A DNA stretch of 62,375 nucleotides, counting the filler. It is 5 parts of 5 records of this genome, joined end to end, with 100 filler letters (N's around TTAATTAATTAA, not from the genome) between each part and the next. Parts side by side here need not be neighbours in the genome. Positions count along the whole stretch, not along the records: positions 1 to 25,873 come from SRR2962707_1137; positions 25,974 to 42,818 come from SRR2962707_1145; 3 more parts are not named here. One strand, written 5' to 3'. The translations under genes and the position numbers were made by a program. The notes under the pieces were generated by a model. It was not told where the DNA came from. It did no database searches and worked only from the letters and a program-made list of their open reading frames with translations. This document shows positions 19,470-31,330 of this stretch, in pieces; within the stretch, counting starts at the first letter, position 1; each line of letters starts with the position of its first letter.

Positions 19470-20387
19470 ATGAACAAATTTGCCGATTTGGAAGTTTTTG
19501 CCCGCGTGGTGGGTGCCAGTTCGATGTCTGCGGCGGGACGTGAATTGGGCCTGTCTCCTGCGGTGGTGTCAAAGCGCATCAGCCGCTTGGAAGACCGGCT
19601 TGGCACACGGCTTTTTCAGCGCACAACACGGCAAATAACGCTGACCGAAGCTGGGCAAGGTTTCTACGAACGTGTGATCGCCATTTTGGCCGGCGTTGAA
19701 GAAGCCGAAGCCTTTGTGAACCGGCGTTCTGCAAAAGCGCGGGGAACATTAAAAGTGTCTGCGCCTACCAGTTTTGGCCGCATGCATATTGCGCCCTATC
19801 TCAGCGGCTTCATGAAACAAAATGACGATCTGAATATCAACCTGCTGCTGTCAGATGATTTGGTTGATATTGTTGGCGAAGGCTTTGATGTGGCCATTCG
19901 TATCGGCGAGTTGACTGATTCTAGCCTTGTGGCGCGCAAGCTGGCACCGGTGCGGCGTCTGCTATGCGCCTCGCCGCTCTATTTGGCAGAACATCCAGAA
20001 CCTAAAACATTGGCTGAACTGGATTCGCACAATTGCTTGACCCATCAGGTGTCCGACCATTGGCGTCTTAACGGCCCCAAAGGCGCTGTCTCGTTCAAGC
20101 CCATTGGCAATCTTTCAACCAATTCGTCAGAAGTTGTGCGCGAAGCGGTGATGTCCGGCCTTGGCATCGCGCTTCGCTCGACATGGGATATCGGACAAGA
20201 ACTGGCTGAAGGCAAACTCGTGCAAGTGCTCAGCGATTATGAAAGTTCAACCAATATCGGCATCTATGCCATTTACCCATCACGCCAATTTCTACCCACT
20301 AAAGTGAGGGTTTTCATTGACTATCTAGCCGAATTATTCGGTGGCGTGCCCTATTGGGAAGCTGGTTTAAACCGCGCCGCTGATTAG
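19470..20387 (+). CDS. LysR family regulator (CrgA/DmlR-like)
   Basis: SMSAAGRELGLSPAVVSKRI...RTTRQITLTEAG; GFDVAIRIG; PTKVRVFID. Confidence 0.95.
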   Translation: MNKFADLEVFARVVGASSMSAAGRELGLSPAVVSKRISRLEDRLGTRLFQRTTRQITLTEAGQGFYERVIAILAGVEEAEAFVNRRSAKARGTLKVSAPTSFGRMHIAPYLSGFMKQNDDLNINLLLSDDLVDIVGEGFDVAIRIGELTDSSLVARKLAPVRRLLCASPLYLAEHPEPKTLAELDSHNCLTHQVSDHWRLNGPKGAVSFKPIGNLSTNSSEVVREAVMSGLGIALRSTWDIGQELAEGKLVQVLSDYESSTNIGIYAIYPSRQFLPTKVRVFIDYLAELFGGVPYWEAGLNRAAD

Positions 20388-20400
20388 TTTCAATGTCAGA

Positions 20401-21756
20401 TTATTCATCTTCTTCTGAATGGTGAAGCCGCACCCGCCTGACCAAAAGATAGATCCCGAGAATCGCAACCGGCACAAACAGCGCGACCATTGTCGCCTGC
20501 GATACGCCTGGAAACTCTAGGCCAAGGCCTTTTGATAGGTAAGAAAACAGGCCAACGACATAATAAGAAACTGCCGCGACCGATAGGCCTTCAACGGTTT
20601 GCTGTAGCCGCAATTGCAATTTGGCGCGCTTGTTCATGGATTGCAGCACATCGCGGTTTTGCTTTTCCAATTCAACGTCAATACGGGTGCGAAGTAGCGT
20701 GGCTGCGCGGGCTAATTTGCGCGACAAGTTTTGCTGGCGATCTTCGATGGCGCGGCAAGTGCGCATGGCCGGAGCCAAACGCCGTTCAAGGAATACTTTC
20801 AACGTGTCATAGCCACGGATCGGTTCGCTTTCCAAACCTTCGAGGCGATCCTGCACGATGTTGTCATAGGCGCGGCTTGCGCCGAACCGGTAGAGGCTGG
20901 ATGCCGCATCAGCTTCCAATGCGGCGGCAAGGCTGGTCATTTCATCAAGTAAGCTTTCTGCGCCGCCAGATGCCATTTCACGCATTTTATGGGTTAGTTC
21001 CGCAAGGCGATCTTCGGCTTTGCGCATATTGGGTGCAAGGCGCTGCGCTAAAGGAAGGCCAAGCATCGCCAAGGTGCGATAGATCTCAATATCAAACAGA
21101 CGCTGGGCAAGAGAGCCTAAGCGCTGGGGTGCCATTCCTTTGTCCAAAATCACAAAGCGCGTCAGTCCGTCCTTGTCTTGTCGAAAGTCAGTAGCAACAA
21201 TGGCAAGTCCATTGCGCGTGAGCGAGGCGCATAACGTGCTGCGCTCAAAGCGTGCCAAAGCCTCTGTTTGGGCTTCCTCTGACCATTTTACTAGATCAAT
21301 GCGTACACCAGAGATCAACGAGCCGGGTGCTTGAAATGCCTCACCAAAGGGATGATCGAATGCGTTGCTTGACCAATCTTTGGCAGCTGGGCCTTCCCAC
21401 AAATAGGTCGAGGCTTCAGTATGGCGTTCCCACCACAGACTGCCGTTGCCCATTTGCACTTTGTGGTGGCGCGCAGAATTTTGCGGCGGTGAAACGCCAT
21501 TTTGCTGCGATAAATCGCTTAATACGGCCTGATCAGTGAGAATGCTGCCATCGGTTATAAAACACAGTTTTATGAGTGTACGGGGCACCTCGATAATGGG
21601 TGCAGGACGGGCGTGAACTTCGCCAAGGGCTGCAGACCGATCCCAATGCAGCGGAAAGCCAAATACGCCGCGCGGCAAGGTCTCGCTTGTGCCTTTCGCT
21701 CCTTCGCTATGGAACGTCTCGATCTGAGATTTGTTCTCTTGGCTTGGCTGCTTCAT
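20401..21756 (-). CDS. DUF3422 family membrane-anchored protein
   Basis: EVHARP, WERHTE, IEIYRTLAMLGLP, QLRLQQTVEGLSVAAVSYY and two C-terminal TMs. Confidence 0.88.
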   Translation of the reverse strand: MKQPSQENKSQIETFHSEGAKGTSETLPRGVFGFPLHWDRSAALGEVHARPAPIIEVPRTLIKLCFITDGSILTDQAVLSDLSQQNGVSPPQNSARHHKVQMGNGSLWWERHTEASTYLWEGPAAKDWSSNAFDHPFGEAFQAPGSLISGVRIDLVKWSEEAQTEALARFERSTLCASLTRNGLAIVATDFRQDKDGLTRFVILDKGMAPQRLGSLAQRLFDIEIYRTLAMLGLPLAQRLAPNMRKAEDRLAELTHKMREMASGGAESLLDEMTSLAAALEADAASSLYRFGASRAYDNIVQDRLEGLESEPIRGYDTLKVFLERRLAPAMRTCRAIEDRQQNLSRKLARAATLLRTRIDVELEKQNRDVLQSMNKRAKLQLRLQQTVEGLSVAAVSYYVVGLFSYLSKGLGLEFPGVSQATMVALFVPVAILGIYLLVRRVRLHHSEEDE

Positions 21757-21987
21757 TGATCTACTCCGCGCGATTAAATGTCACTAATCACGCATTTTGT
21801 TTGAGAATTTGCACCGATTGAAGAACGAACCTAACGCATCCCTTGCTTACGCAAAGAGGCACATCGCCTGACGATGAAGAAGTTTATTAATAATGCAACA
21901 AATTTGACGCAGTTGCGGAAAATTTGAACCGCGCTATTCAAACATTTAAACTTTAGTCTATGATGCCCTTCGCTGGAGGAACAACAA

Positions 21988-22764
21988 ATGAAGTCGGACA
22001 TATTTTCACAAGTGAACTCTGTTCGCACGGCCAGTGAAATTTGCACCCAAATCGAGGACTTGATTTTGGAAGGTGTGCTGCGTGTTGGCGACAAATTGCC
22101 CGGCGAACGCGAATTGTCCGAACGATTTGGCGTATCACGCCCAATTTTGCGCGAAGCGCTTAAAGAACTTGAGACCCGCGAACTTGTGCTGACCCGCCAT
22201 GGCGGCGGCACCTATGTTGCCGATGTGATCGGCGACGTGTTTTCCAAACCAATGTTTGAACTTATTGCCAGCAAGCCAAAAGCAACGGCTGACTATTTAG
22301 AATATCGCCGCGAAGTGGAATCAATTGCGGCCTCATTTGCTGCGCGCCGGCGCACAGATCATGACTTAGCTCTTTTATCGGATACGATGAGCCGAATGGA
22401 AGCCGCGCACCAAAAAGAGGACTATAAGGACGAGACAAATATTGATGTTGAGTTTCACCAGCTTGTGGCGGAAGCAGCGCATAATATTATCTTGATGCAC
22501 ACGCTGCGTGCTTGTTACCGGCTGTTGTCTGACGGCGCATTTTTCTCACGTTCACTGATATACGGTTTTCCCGGCGCAAGGCGCGAGGTTCTCTCCCATC
22601 ACCGCGCTATCTATGATGCGATTGCAGCCCGTGACTCAGAAGGCGCTGCCCGCGCGGTCACAACGCATATTGATTTTATTGAGACCTGCCGCCGCGAAGC
22701 TGAAAAAGCCGGCGGCTGGGAAAATGTCTCAAAGCTACGCCGCATCATGCGCGACGTAGATTAA
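21988..22764 (+). CDS. GntR/FadR family regulator, GlcC-like
   Basis: GDKLPGERELSERFGVSRPILREAL HTH plus FCD domain; close to glcDEF. Confidence 0.92.
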   Translation: MKSDIFSQVNSVRTASEICTQIEDLILEGVLRVGDKLPGERELSERFGVSRPILREALKELETRELVLTRHGGGTYVADVIGDVFSKPMFELIASKPKATADYLEYRREVESIAASFAARRRTDHDLALLSDTMSRMEAAHQKEDYKDETNIDVEFHQLVAEAAHNIILMHTLRACYRLLSDGAFFSRSLIYGFPGARREVLSHHRAIYDAIAARDSEGAARAVTTHIDFIETCRREAEKAGGWENVSKLRRIMRDVD

Positions 22765-22772
22765 GACGTTTA

Positions 22773-24146
22773 TTAATAAGCGTAAGCCAGGAACGCTGGC
22801 TCAACGCTGCTTTCCCAAACAGAGCGATATTGCAGCAGCATTTGTTCTGCCGATGTCGTGCCGCGTGCAGCAACCTCTTCGAGCGGTGCAAGGAAATGCG
22901 CCTCGCTGAAGCCATCACCATTGAGCTTGTTGCGGGCGAGCAAACCGGCGCGCGAAATGGCAAGCACTTCTTTTGAGATATCTTGAACTGTACGCCCTTT
23001 GATTTTCGCTTGAAGGCCTTCGGTTGGCACAGCATTACGCAGCGCAACCACATCTTCAAACGTCCAATCTTTGGTCAACTGCCATGCAGCATCTAAAGCT
23101 GTCTCATCATAACAAAGGCCAACCCAGAACGCAGGCAGAGCGCAAATACGGCGCCATGGACCGCCATCGGCACCGCGCATTTCGATGAATTTTTTCATCC
23201 GCACTTCAGGGAAAACCGTCGAGAGATGGTTTGTCCAATCGCCCTTATTGGGCGTTGCATCGGGAATTTGACCCTCAAGCGCACCATTCATGAATTGACG
23301 GAATGTGACATGGGTACAGTCGATATATTTGCCATCACGCATTACAAAATACATCGGCACATCGAGCGCCCATTTAACATAATCCACAAAGCCGAAATCA
23401 TCATTAAAGACAAAAGGCAGAACGCCAGAGCGGTTATTATCAGTATCGCGCCAAATATCAGCACGCCAGCTTAGCATGCCATTTGGCTTGCCGTCTGTGA
23501 AAGGAGAATTGGCAAAGAGCGCTGTTGCCACCGGCTGCAAACGATATGACATCTGCATTTTTTTGCGCATATCGGCTTCGGATGAAAAATCGAGATTCAC
23601 CTGAATGGTTGATGTGCGGTGCATCATATCAAGGCCCTGCGTGCCAACTTTAGGCATATAGCGGCGCATAATGTCATAGCGCGATTTTGGCATACGCGGC
23701 GTTTCGTCCAAGGTCCATTTTGGGCTGCCACCAAGACCGAGAAACTTGATGCCGAGCGGCTCAGCGATCGTGCTCAAATCAGACAGATGGTTATTTGATT
23801 CACGGCAGGTCTGGTGGATGGTCTCTAGTGGCGCGCCGGACAATTCAAACTGTCCGCCTGGCTCTAGCGAAATTGCGCCCATGCCATTTGCTTCATAAAG
23901 GCCAATGAGATTGCCTTCATCGACAATCGGCTCCCAGCCCAATTTATCGCGCATGCCTTCAAGCAAGGCTTGAATGCCGCGTTTTCCTTCAAAAGGAACC
24001 GGCGAATTATCGTCTACATAGAACGGGAATTTTTCGTGTTCGGTGCCGATACGCCATTCAGATTTCGGCTTGCAGCCAGATTCCAAATAGGCAGCCATTT
24101 CTTCAATGCCGCCAATGGGGGCTTCATCAGTTGTATCGCGCGCCAT
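22773..24146 (-). CDS. gshA: Glutamate--cysteine ligase (alphaproteobacterial/plant type)
   Basis: RIGTEHEKF, SLEPGGQFELSG, QVNLDF, ALFANSPF, IEMRGADGG. Confidence 0.96.
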   Translation of the reverse strand: MARDTTDEAPIGGIEEMAAYLESGCKPKSEWRIGTEHEKFPFYVDDNSPVPFEGKRGIQALLEGMRDKLGWEPIVDEGNLIGLYEANGMGAISLEPGGQFELSGAPLETIHQTCRESNNHLSDLSTIAEPLGIKFLGLGGSPKWTLDETPRMPKSRYDIMRRYMPKVGTQGLDMMHRTSTIQVNLDFSSEADMRKKMQMSYRLQPVATALFANSPFTDGKPNGMLSWRADIWRDTDNNRSGVLPFVFNDDFGFVDYVKWALDVPMYFVMRDGKYIDCTHVTFRQFMNGALEGQIPDATPNKGDWTNHLSTVFPEVRMKKFIEMRGADGGPWRRICALPAFWVGLCYDETALDAAWQLTKDWTFEDVVALRNAVPTEGLQAKIKGRTVQDISKEVLAISRAGLLARNKLNGDGFSEAHFLAPLEEVAARGTTSAEQMLLQYRSVWESSVEPAFLAYAY

Positions 24147-24241
24147 AGTATCGTCCCGTGTTATATTTGTTGAAGTTCGTTGCCCCATATCAAAGCGAGG
24201 GGCAAGCGCATTTTTATGAACGATCAATCAAATAGATTGAT

Positions 24242-24976
24242 CTACCAATCGCCCGCCAGCGCTTGAATAACCGCCAAAGCTGCCACCGCTGCCGTATCGG
24301 CGCGTAATATGCGCGGGCCAAGGCCAATAGCACGCACAAAATCTAGTGACCGCAATTCATCACGCTCAGCATCCGAAAACCCACCTTCTGGTCCTATCAG
24401 TACACCTAATTTGTGCCCATTGAGCGCTTGTATATCGGCAATCGGATTATCAGTTTCAACGTCTTCATCACAAAAGATAAGAATGCGCTCTTTATCCCAA
24501 TTGGCAAGAAACGCTTCTAACTTCACCGGTTCATGGCAGGTTGGGATGGATAATATGCCGCATTGCTCTGCGGCCTCCATGGCGTTGGCCTGCATTTTTT
24601 CCACATTGAGGCGGTGGTTTTGCGTGTGCTGCGTCAAAACAGGCTGCAAAATGCCCGCGCCCATCTCCACGGCCTTTTGCACCACATAATCGAGCCTGCC
24701 GACTTTGAGCGGCGCAAAACAATAGATCAGGTCAGACGCTTCAGGCTGCGGGCGAGTCTGCTCAATACATGTCAGCGTGACAGACTTTTTGCTGGCGATC
24801 TCAATATCGGCCTGCCATTCGCCATCGCGCCCGTTAAACACCAGCACCGCATCGCCGGACTTCATGCGCAGCACATTGGCCAAATAATTGGCCTGCGCCT
24901 TATCAAGATCCAGACGACCGCCCATTTTCATGGGCGCGTCGAGGAATAATCTCTGCATTTTATAATTTGCACGCAT
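24242..24976 (-). CDS. rsmE: 16S rRNA m3U1498 methyltransferase
   Basis: [32 protein letters not shown]. Confidence 0.96.
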   Translation of the reverse strand: MRANYKMQRLFLDAPMKMGGRLDLDKAQANYLANVLRMKSGDAVLVFNGRDGEWQADIEIASKKSVTLTCIEQTRPQPEASDLIYCFAPLKVGRLDYVVQKAVEMGAGILQPVLTQHTQNHRLNVEKMQANAMEAAEQCGILSIPTCHEPVKLEAFLANWDKERILIFCDEDVETDNPIADIQALNGHKLGVLIGPEGGFSDAERDELRSLDFVRAIGLGPRILRADTAAVAALAVIQALAGDW

Positions 24977-25240
24977 GGCAAAGCGTTAGCTTAGGCACTG
25001 GGATGATTGCAAGCATTTCATCAACCAATTATTTTTCAAAAAGTGACATTAAGGGTTGAGCTATCCTTGTGGACAAATTGGCTGATCGAGCGTGCTTGTG
25101 CACAAAAGCGATCAATTTTAGCTTTTTTTATATCAGCCACTAGACTTGTTACAAAAACTTGCGATAAAGGCCTCGCTCAAGGAGTGGATACGGCTCAAAT
25201 ATTCGTATTCAATAACAAAATCAATAGGTTAATCAGAAAC

Positions 25241-25378
25241 ATGGCTACGCGTACGCTATTGCTGGCATTCGGCATGCTCACAGCAACAACATTCTTGGGT
25301 CTATCGGTTTATTCCGAAGAAGCCATGCATGGCGCAATCGCCAGCGATGGTTACGGCGTTTCAGCACCGCGCAATTAA
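25241..25378 (+). CDS. Small membrane-anchored protein (45 aa)
   Basis: MATRTLLLAFGMLTATTFLGLSVY...DGYGVS; single hydrophobic segment in an otherwise empty intergenic region. Confidence 0.55.
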   Translation: MATRTLLLAFGMLTATTFLGLSVYSEEAMHGAIASDGYGVSAPRN

Positions 25379-25468
25379 TAAGCAGCATAGGCCTATTGTC
25401 TATGGCCCAGCAATTGCGCTTTCTAATGACATTCTGATAGACAGTTTTACCGTCTTTAGGAGTGCATT

Positions 25469-25873
25469 ATGTTTGGTCCCGTCACATCAATCGAAGATTT
25501 ACGCAAACGCGCGAAGTTCCGCGTGCCAAAAATGTTCTACGACTATGCCGATTCGGGCGCGTGGACGGAATCCACATACCGCGATAACAGCGCGGCATTT
25601 TCCAACATAAAAATTCGCCAGCGCGTTGCGGTAAACATTGAAAATCGTTCGCTTAAGACCACAATGGTTGGCCGCGAAGTTTCTATGCCTGTGGCGCTCG
25701 CGCCTGTTGGCCTGACCGGTATGCAGCATGCTAACGGCGAAATTCACGCGGCGCGGGCGGCGGAGAAATTCGGCATTCCGTTTACTCTTTCCACCATGTC
25801 GGTGTGTTCCATCGAGACCGTCGCCGCAGCGACCACCGCGCCTTTCTGGTTTCAGCTCTATGTGATGCGCGAC
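25469..25873 (+). CDS. FMN-dependent alpha-hydroxy acid oxidase (LldD-like), 3'-truncated
   Basis: KMFYDYADSGAW, LAPVGLTGMQH, TLSTMSVCSIE, FWFQLY; cut by the contig end. Confidence 0.92.
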
Positions 25874-25973
25874 NNNNNNNNNNNNNNNNNNNNNNNNNNN
25901 NNNNNNNNNNNNNNNNNTTAATTAATTAANNNNNNNNNNNNNNNNNNNNNNNNNNNNNNNNNNNNNNNNNNNN
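25874..25973. other. Artificial contig linker
   Basis: N44-TTAATTAATTAA-N44 (stops in all six frames); GC content changes across it. Confidence 0.99.
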
Positions 25974-26000
25974 GATTGCCGGGTCAAGCCCGGCAATGAC
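25974..26000. repeat. REP-like palindromic element (partial) at contig start
   Basis: ATTGCCGGG-tcaag-CCCGGCAAT-GAC, resembling a common alphaproteobacterial intergenic repeat. Confidence 0.7.
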
Positions 26001-26012
26001 ATTGTTTTTTAT

Positions 26013-27047
26013 TTAGCCGCCCGTGAGCGACATGTGGCGCGAGACGGCGGGGCGGTTGTGGTCGCGGTCGATGATGAAGTCGTGGCCCTTCGGCTTGCGG
26101 CCAATGGCCTCGTCGATGGCGTCGCTCAGAAGATCGTCCGCTTCGCTCGCGCGCAGCGGTGCGCGGAGGTCGGCGGCATCGTCCTGGCCGAGGCACATAT
26201 AGAGCGTGCCGGTGCAGGTGAGACGGACGCGGTTGCAGCTCTCGCAGAAATTATGCGTGAGCGGCGTGATGAGGCCGAGCGTGCCGCCGGTTTCGCGCAC
26301 GCGGACATAACGCGCGGGACCGCCGGTGCGCTCGTCGAGTTCGTCGAGCGTCCAGCGTTCCGCCAGCGAGCGGCGGACCTGCGAGAGCGGCAGATATTGT
26401 TCGGTGCGGTCGCCGTCGATGTCGCCCAAGGGCATGGTCTCGATCAGGGTGAGGCCGTGGCCTTCGCCATGCGCCCATTCGATGAGCGCGGGGATTTCAT
26501 CTTCGTTGACGCCTTTCAGCGCCACCGTGTTGATCTTGACCTTGAGCCCGGCGCGTTTTGCGGCGGCGATGCCATCCAGCACTTGCGGGAGGCGGCCCCA
26601 GCGCGTGATTTCCTGAAAGAGATCGGGCTTCAGCGTGTCGACCGAGACGTTCACACGGCGGACGCCCGCCGCAAAGAGATCGTCGGCGTAACGCGCGAGC
26701 TGGCTGCCATTGGTGGTGAGCGTCAGTTCGTCCAGCGCGCCGGTTTCGAGGTGGCGGCCGAGGGAGCGGATGAGCGTCATTACATCGCGGCGGACGAGCG
26801 GCTCGCCGCCTGTGAGGCGGAGCTTGCGGGCACCCTTCGCGACGAAGGCCGAGCAGAGGCGGTCGAGCTCCTCCAGCGTCAGCAGGTCCTTTTTCGGCAG
26901 GAAGTTCATGTGCTCGGACATGCAGTAGACACAGCGGAAGTCGCAACGATCCGTCACCGAGACGCGCAGATAGGTGACCGCCCGGCCATGCGGGTCGATC
27001 ATCTGCGGCGCGGCCGGGGCGTCCGGGAGGGGCTGTTCCATGTCCAT
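26013..27047 (-). CDS. moaA: GTP 3',8-cyclase
   Basis: [35 protein letters not shown]...C, C-terminal MSLTGG. Confidence 0.97.
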   Translation of the reverse strand: MDMEQPLPDAPAAPQMIDPHGRAVTYLRVSVTDRCDFRCVYCMSEHMNFLPKKDLLTLEELDRLCSAFVAKGARKLRLTGGEPLVRRDVMTLIRSLGRHLETGALDELTLTTNGSQLARYADDLFAAGVRRVNVSVDTLKPDLFQEITRWGRLPQVLDGIAAAKRAGLKVKINTVALKGVNEDEIPALIEWAHGEGHGLTLIETMPLGDIDGDRTEQYLPLSQVRRSLAERWTLDELDERTGGPARYVRVRETGGTLGLITPLTHNFCESCNRVRLTCTGTLYMCLGQDDAADLRAPLRASEADDLLSDAIDEAIGRKPKGHDFIIDRDHNRPAVSRHMSLTGG

Positions 27048-27169
27048 GACCGGAATATAGCAATTGGTCAGTGAAATTTCGCCCCCTCCGGCGATAAGGT
27101 TTTCGTGACCGGTTTGCGGGGCGGGGGAGCCGGGGTAGCCTGCGCCCAAGCAAGAAGAGGGGGAGGCCA

Positions 27170-28660
<1,491 letters not shown>

Positions 28661-28690
28661 CCTACGCAGAAATGCGAGAGGGGTAATGCC

Positions 28691-29458
28691 ATGGAGCGTA
28701 AGGAAAGGGAGTACGAAATAGCTCTTTCGTTCGCGGGGGAAGATCGTGCGTTTGCGGACGATCTTGCGCGGATGTTGAGGGAAGCCGGGGTGAAGGTGTT
28801 CTACGATGAATTTTTCCGAGCCACGCTCTGGGGGAAAGATTTGTATCAACACTTGCAAAAGATATATCGGGACCTCGCAGAATATTGCGTGGTTTTTGTC
28901 TCTAAAAGCTATCTGGAAAAAAATTGGACGAAGCACGAGCTTAAACAAGCGCAGGCGCGGGCTTTTGAGGACTCTCGCGAGTATATCTTACCTCTCCGCT
29001 TGGATGACTCATCTTTGCCCGGAGTGAATCACACCATTGGCTACATCGACATCCGAAATACTCCAATGGAGCAAGTCGCAGCTTTGCTTCTGGAGAAGCT
29101 TGGCCGTGACTTGGGTAAAATCAGTGTCGATCTCGAAAGAGCGCGTTGGGACGGTGAATTCGTCCAATTCAACGGAATAGAAATGGCTGGGTACTGGCCA
29201 AAGCGCATCGAGGCAGCTCAGACTGAAACGAACTATATCTTCGCTGTTGAAAAGCCCCGCATCAGATATGGCGACGAGGATTGGTTCTCTGGTCAGAAGC
29301 CGGCAACTCTTCGGCCATGCTCAGACTGCGGTGTTTTGCCGGGTCAGTTCCACGTGCCTTCATGTGACGTCGAACGGTGCCCTTTTTGCGGGGGGCAAGC
29401 CCTGTCCTGTGATTGCTTCCGCTTGGACGGAGCGGAAATAGACGGGTACGGAGACTAG
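28691..29458 (+). CDS. TIR-domain protein with C-terminal Cys/His-rich putative zinc-binding module
   Basis: [50 protein letters not shown]; tail CSDC-x7-H-x3-C-x4-CPFC-x6-CDC. Confidence 0.9.
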   Translation: MERKEREYEIALSFAGEDRAFADDLARMLREAGVKVFYDEFFRATLWGKDLYQHLQKIYRDLAEYCVVFVSKSYLEKNWTKHELKQAQARAFEDSREYILPLRLDDSSLPGVNHTIGYIDIRNTPMEQVAALLLEKLGRDLGKISVDLERARWDGEFVQFNGIEMAGYWPKRIEAAQTETNYIFAVEKPRIRYGDEDWFSGQKPATLRPCSDCGVLPGQFHVPSCDVERCPFCGGQALSCDCFRLDGAEIDGYGD

Positions 29459-29523
29459 AACAGGAAATCCGGACCCAAGCGCGCTATAGTCACTCACAAG
29501 AACGCTGATCCCGGGAGGATGAC

Positions 29524-30933
29524 ATGGCGTCGGACGATCTCATCAAGAAACTGAAAGCGGCGCTGGGCGATGCCGGTGTGCTGACGGGGAAGGATGCCGA
29601 GGAGAAGGCCGTTGGCGGCTGGAGCAAGCTTGGCATTCCGGCGGCGGTGCTGCGGCCTGCGTCCACCGAGGAAGTTTCGACGGCGCTCAAGCTTTGCCAC
29701 GCGGCCGGCGAGGGCGTCGTGCCGTGGGGCGGGAAGACGGGGCTGGTCGAGGGCGGCGAGGCGGACGGGCATATCGCGCTGTCGCTCGACCGGATGAACA
29801 AGATCGAGGAGATCGACACGCTGGGCGGCACGATGACCGTTGAGGCGGGATGCGTGCTGCAGACCGTGTGCGAGGCGGCGGAGGCGAAGGGGCTGATTTT
29901 CCCGCTCGATCTCGGCGCGCGCGGCTCGGCGACCATCGGCGGCAACATTTCGACGAATGCGGGCGGCAACCGCGTGATCCGCTACGGGATGATGCGGGAC
30001 ATGGTGCTCGGGCTCGAGGCGGTGCTGGCGGACGGCACGGTGATGACGTCCATGAACAAGCTCATCAAGAACAATGCGGGCTACGACCTGAAGCAGATGT
30101 TCATCGGCTCGGAGGGGACGCTCGGCGTCGTGACGCGGGCGGTGTTGCGCGTCTGGCCGAAGCCCCTGTCGCAGGATACGGGCTTCGTTGCGGTCGAGAA
30201 TTTCGAGGCGTTGCCGAAATTTCTGCGCCACATGGAGCGTGCGCTCGGCGGGACGCTCTCGGCGTTCGAGGTGATGTGGGAGGATTTCTACAAGCTCGTG
30301 ACGATGGAGCCCGCGAAGGGCAAGCCGGTTCTCGACCACGGGCATCCTTATTATGTGCTGGTCGAATCCATGGGCGGCGATCAGGAAGCCGACAGCGCGC
30401 GCTTCGAGGCTGCGATGATGGAGGCGCTGGAGGCGGGCGAGATTTCGGACGCGGTGATCGCGAAGAGCCAGGCGGAGCGCGATCAGATGTGGGCGCTGCG
30501 CGACGATGTGGGGCAGGTGGTGCACACCTATCCGATGTTCACCTTCGATGTGAGCCTGAAGCTCGCCGATATGGAAAGCTATATCGCGGAGGTGAAGAAG
30601 GGTCTTGCCGCGAAATGGCCTGAAAGTTCACTGATGGTGTTCGGGCATCTGGGCGACGGCAATCTGCATGTGATCCCTGGCCGTTTTCCGGATGCGAATG
30701 CGGAGACGCGGCGCGGCGTCGAGGCGATTGTTTATGGCGAGTTGCGCGACAGGCAGGGTTCCGTCTCGGCGGAGCACGGGATCGGGCTCGAGAAGCGGCC
30801 CTATCTCGACTGGTCGCGGAGCGCGGAGGAAGTGGCACTGATGCATCTGCTGAAGCGCACGCTCGACCCGAAGAATATTCTGAACCCCGGCAAGGTGCTT
30901 GAGCCTGTGCCGAAAGCGAAGGCGGCGGAATGA
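29524..30933 (+). CDS. FAD-linked oxidase (D-2-hydroxyacid dehydrogenase-like)
   Basis: PWGGKTGLVEG, ATIGGNISTNAGG, KNNAGYDLKQMFIGSEGTLG, GHLGDGNLH, SAEHGIG. Confidence 0.93.
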   Translation: MASDDLIKKLKAALGDAGVLTGKDAEEKAVGGWSKLGIPAAVLRPASTEEVSTALKLCHAAGEGVVPWGGKTGLVEGGEADGHIALSLDRMNKIEEIDTLGGTMTVEAGCVLQTVCEAAEAKGLIFPLDLGARGSATIGGNISTNAGGNRVIRYGMMRDMVLGLEAVLADGTVMTSMNKLIKNNAGYDLKQMFIGSEGTLGVVTRAVLRVWPKPLSQDTGFVAVENFEALPKFLRHMERALGGTLSAFEVMWEDFYKLVTMEPAKGKPVLDHGHPYYVLVESMGGDQEADSARFEAAMMEALEAGEISDAVIAKSQAERDQMWALRDDVGQVVHTYPMFTFDVSLKLADMESYIAEVKKGLAAKWPESSLMVFGHLGDGNLHVIPGRFPDANAETRRGVEAIVYGELRDRQGSVSAEHGIGLEKRPYLDWSRSAEEVALMHLLKRTLDPKNILNPGKVLEPVPKAKAAE

Positions 30934-31235
30934 AACGGATAGCGGTGACGGCAGGCGCGGCGGTGCTGGTGGCTGTGGGCGCTTATGTGGCGTGGGCCTC
31001 TTCGCCCGACGCATGGGCGGAGCTGCAGGCGAAGGCGGAAGCGGCCTGCATGGCGGCGTCCGGGCTCGATGAGCCGGAAATCGCGACGCCGCCGACGAAC
31101 TTCGAGAAACATGTTTTCGTCGCGGTGAAGGGCATCTGGCCGAAGCCGCCGATGGAGGGCCGCGGGGCCGAATGGGTCTGCCTCTACGACAAGGAACAGG
31201 ACGCCGCGGAGGCGCGGGAGCCCGGTTTCCCGTGA
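30930..31235 (+). CDS. Small secreted hypothetical protein
   Basis: Signal peptide ending AWA-SSPDAW, two Cys, ATGA overlap with the upstream gene. Confidence 0.7.
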   Translation: MKRIAVTAGAAVLVAVGAYVAWASSPDAWAELQAKAEAACMAASGLDEPEIATPPTNFEKHVFVAVKGIWPKPPMEGRGAEWVCLYDKEQDAAEAREPGFP

Positions 31236-31330
31236 TCCTGGCCTCTCCCGTTTGCGGCGGGGCATGGGGCGTGGCAGACTGACCGGAACGAAGAATCCGG
31301 TTTTCAAGAATGATGAGGAAGGCGGTCCCC

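Noticed and set aside
25918-25929. TTAATTAATTAA as a biological repeat or CtrA-like site
   Set aside because: It is centred in identical N-padded 100-nt blocks four times; it is an artificial six-frame stop linker
28691-29458. Thoeris, CBASS or SPARTA assignment for the TIR gene
   Set aside because: No ThsA, nucleotidyltransferase or Argonaute partner is adjacent
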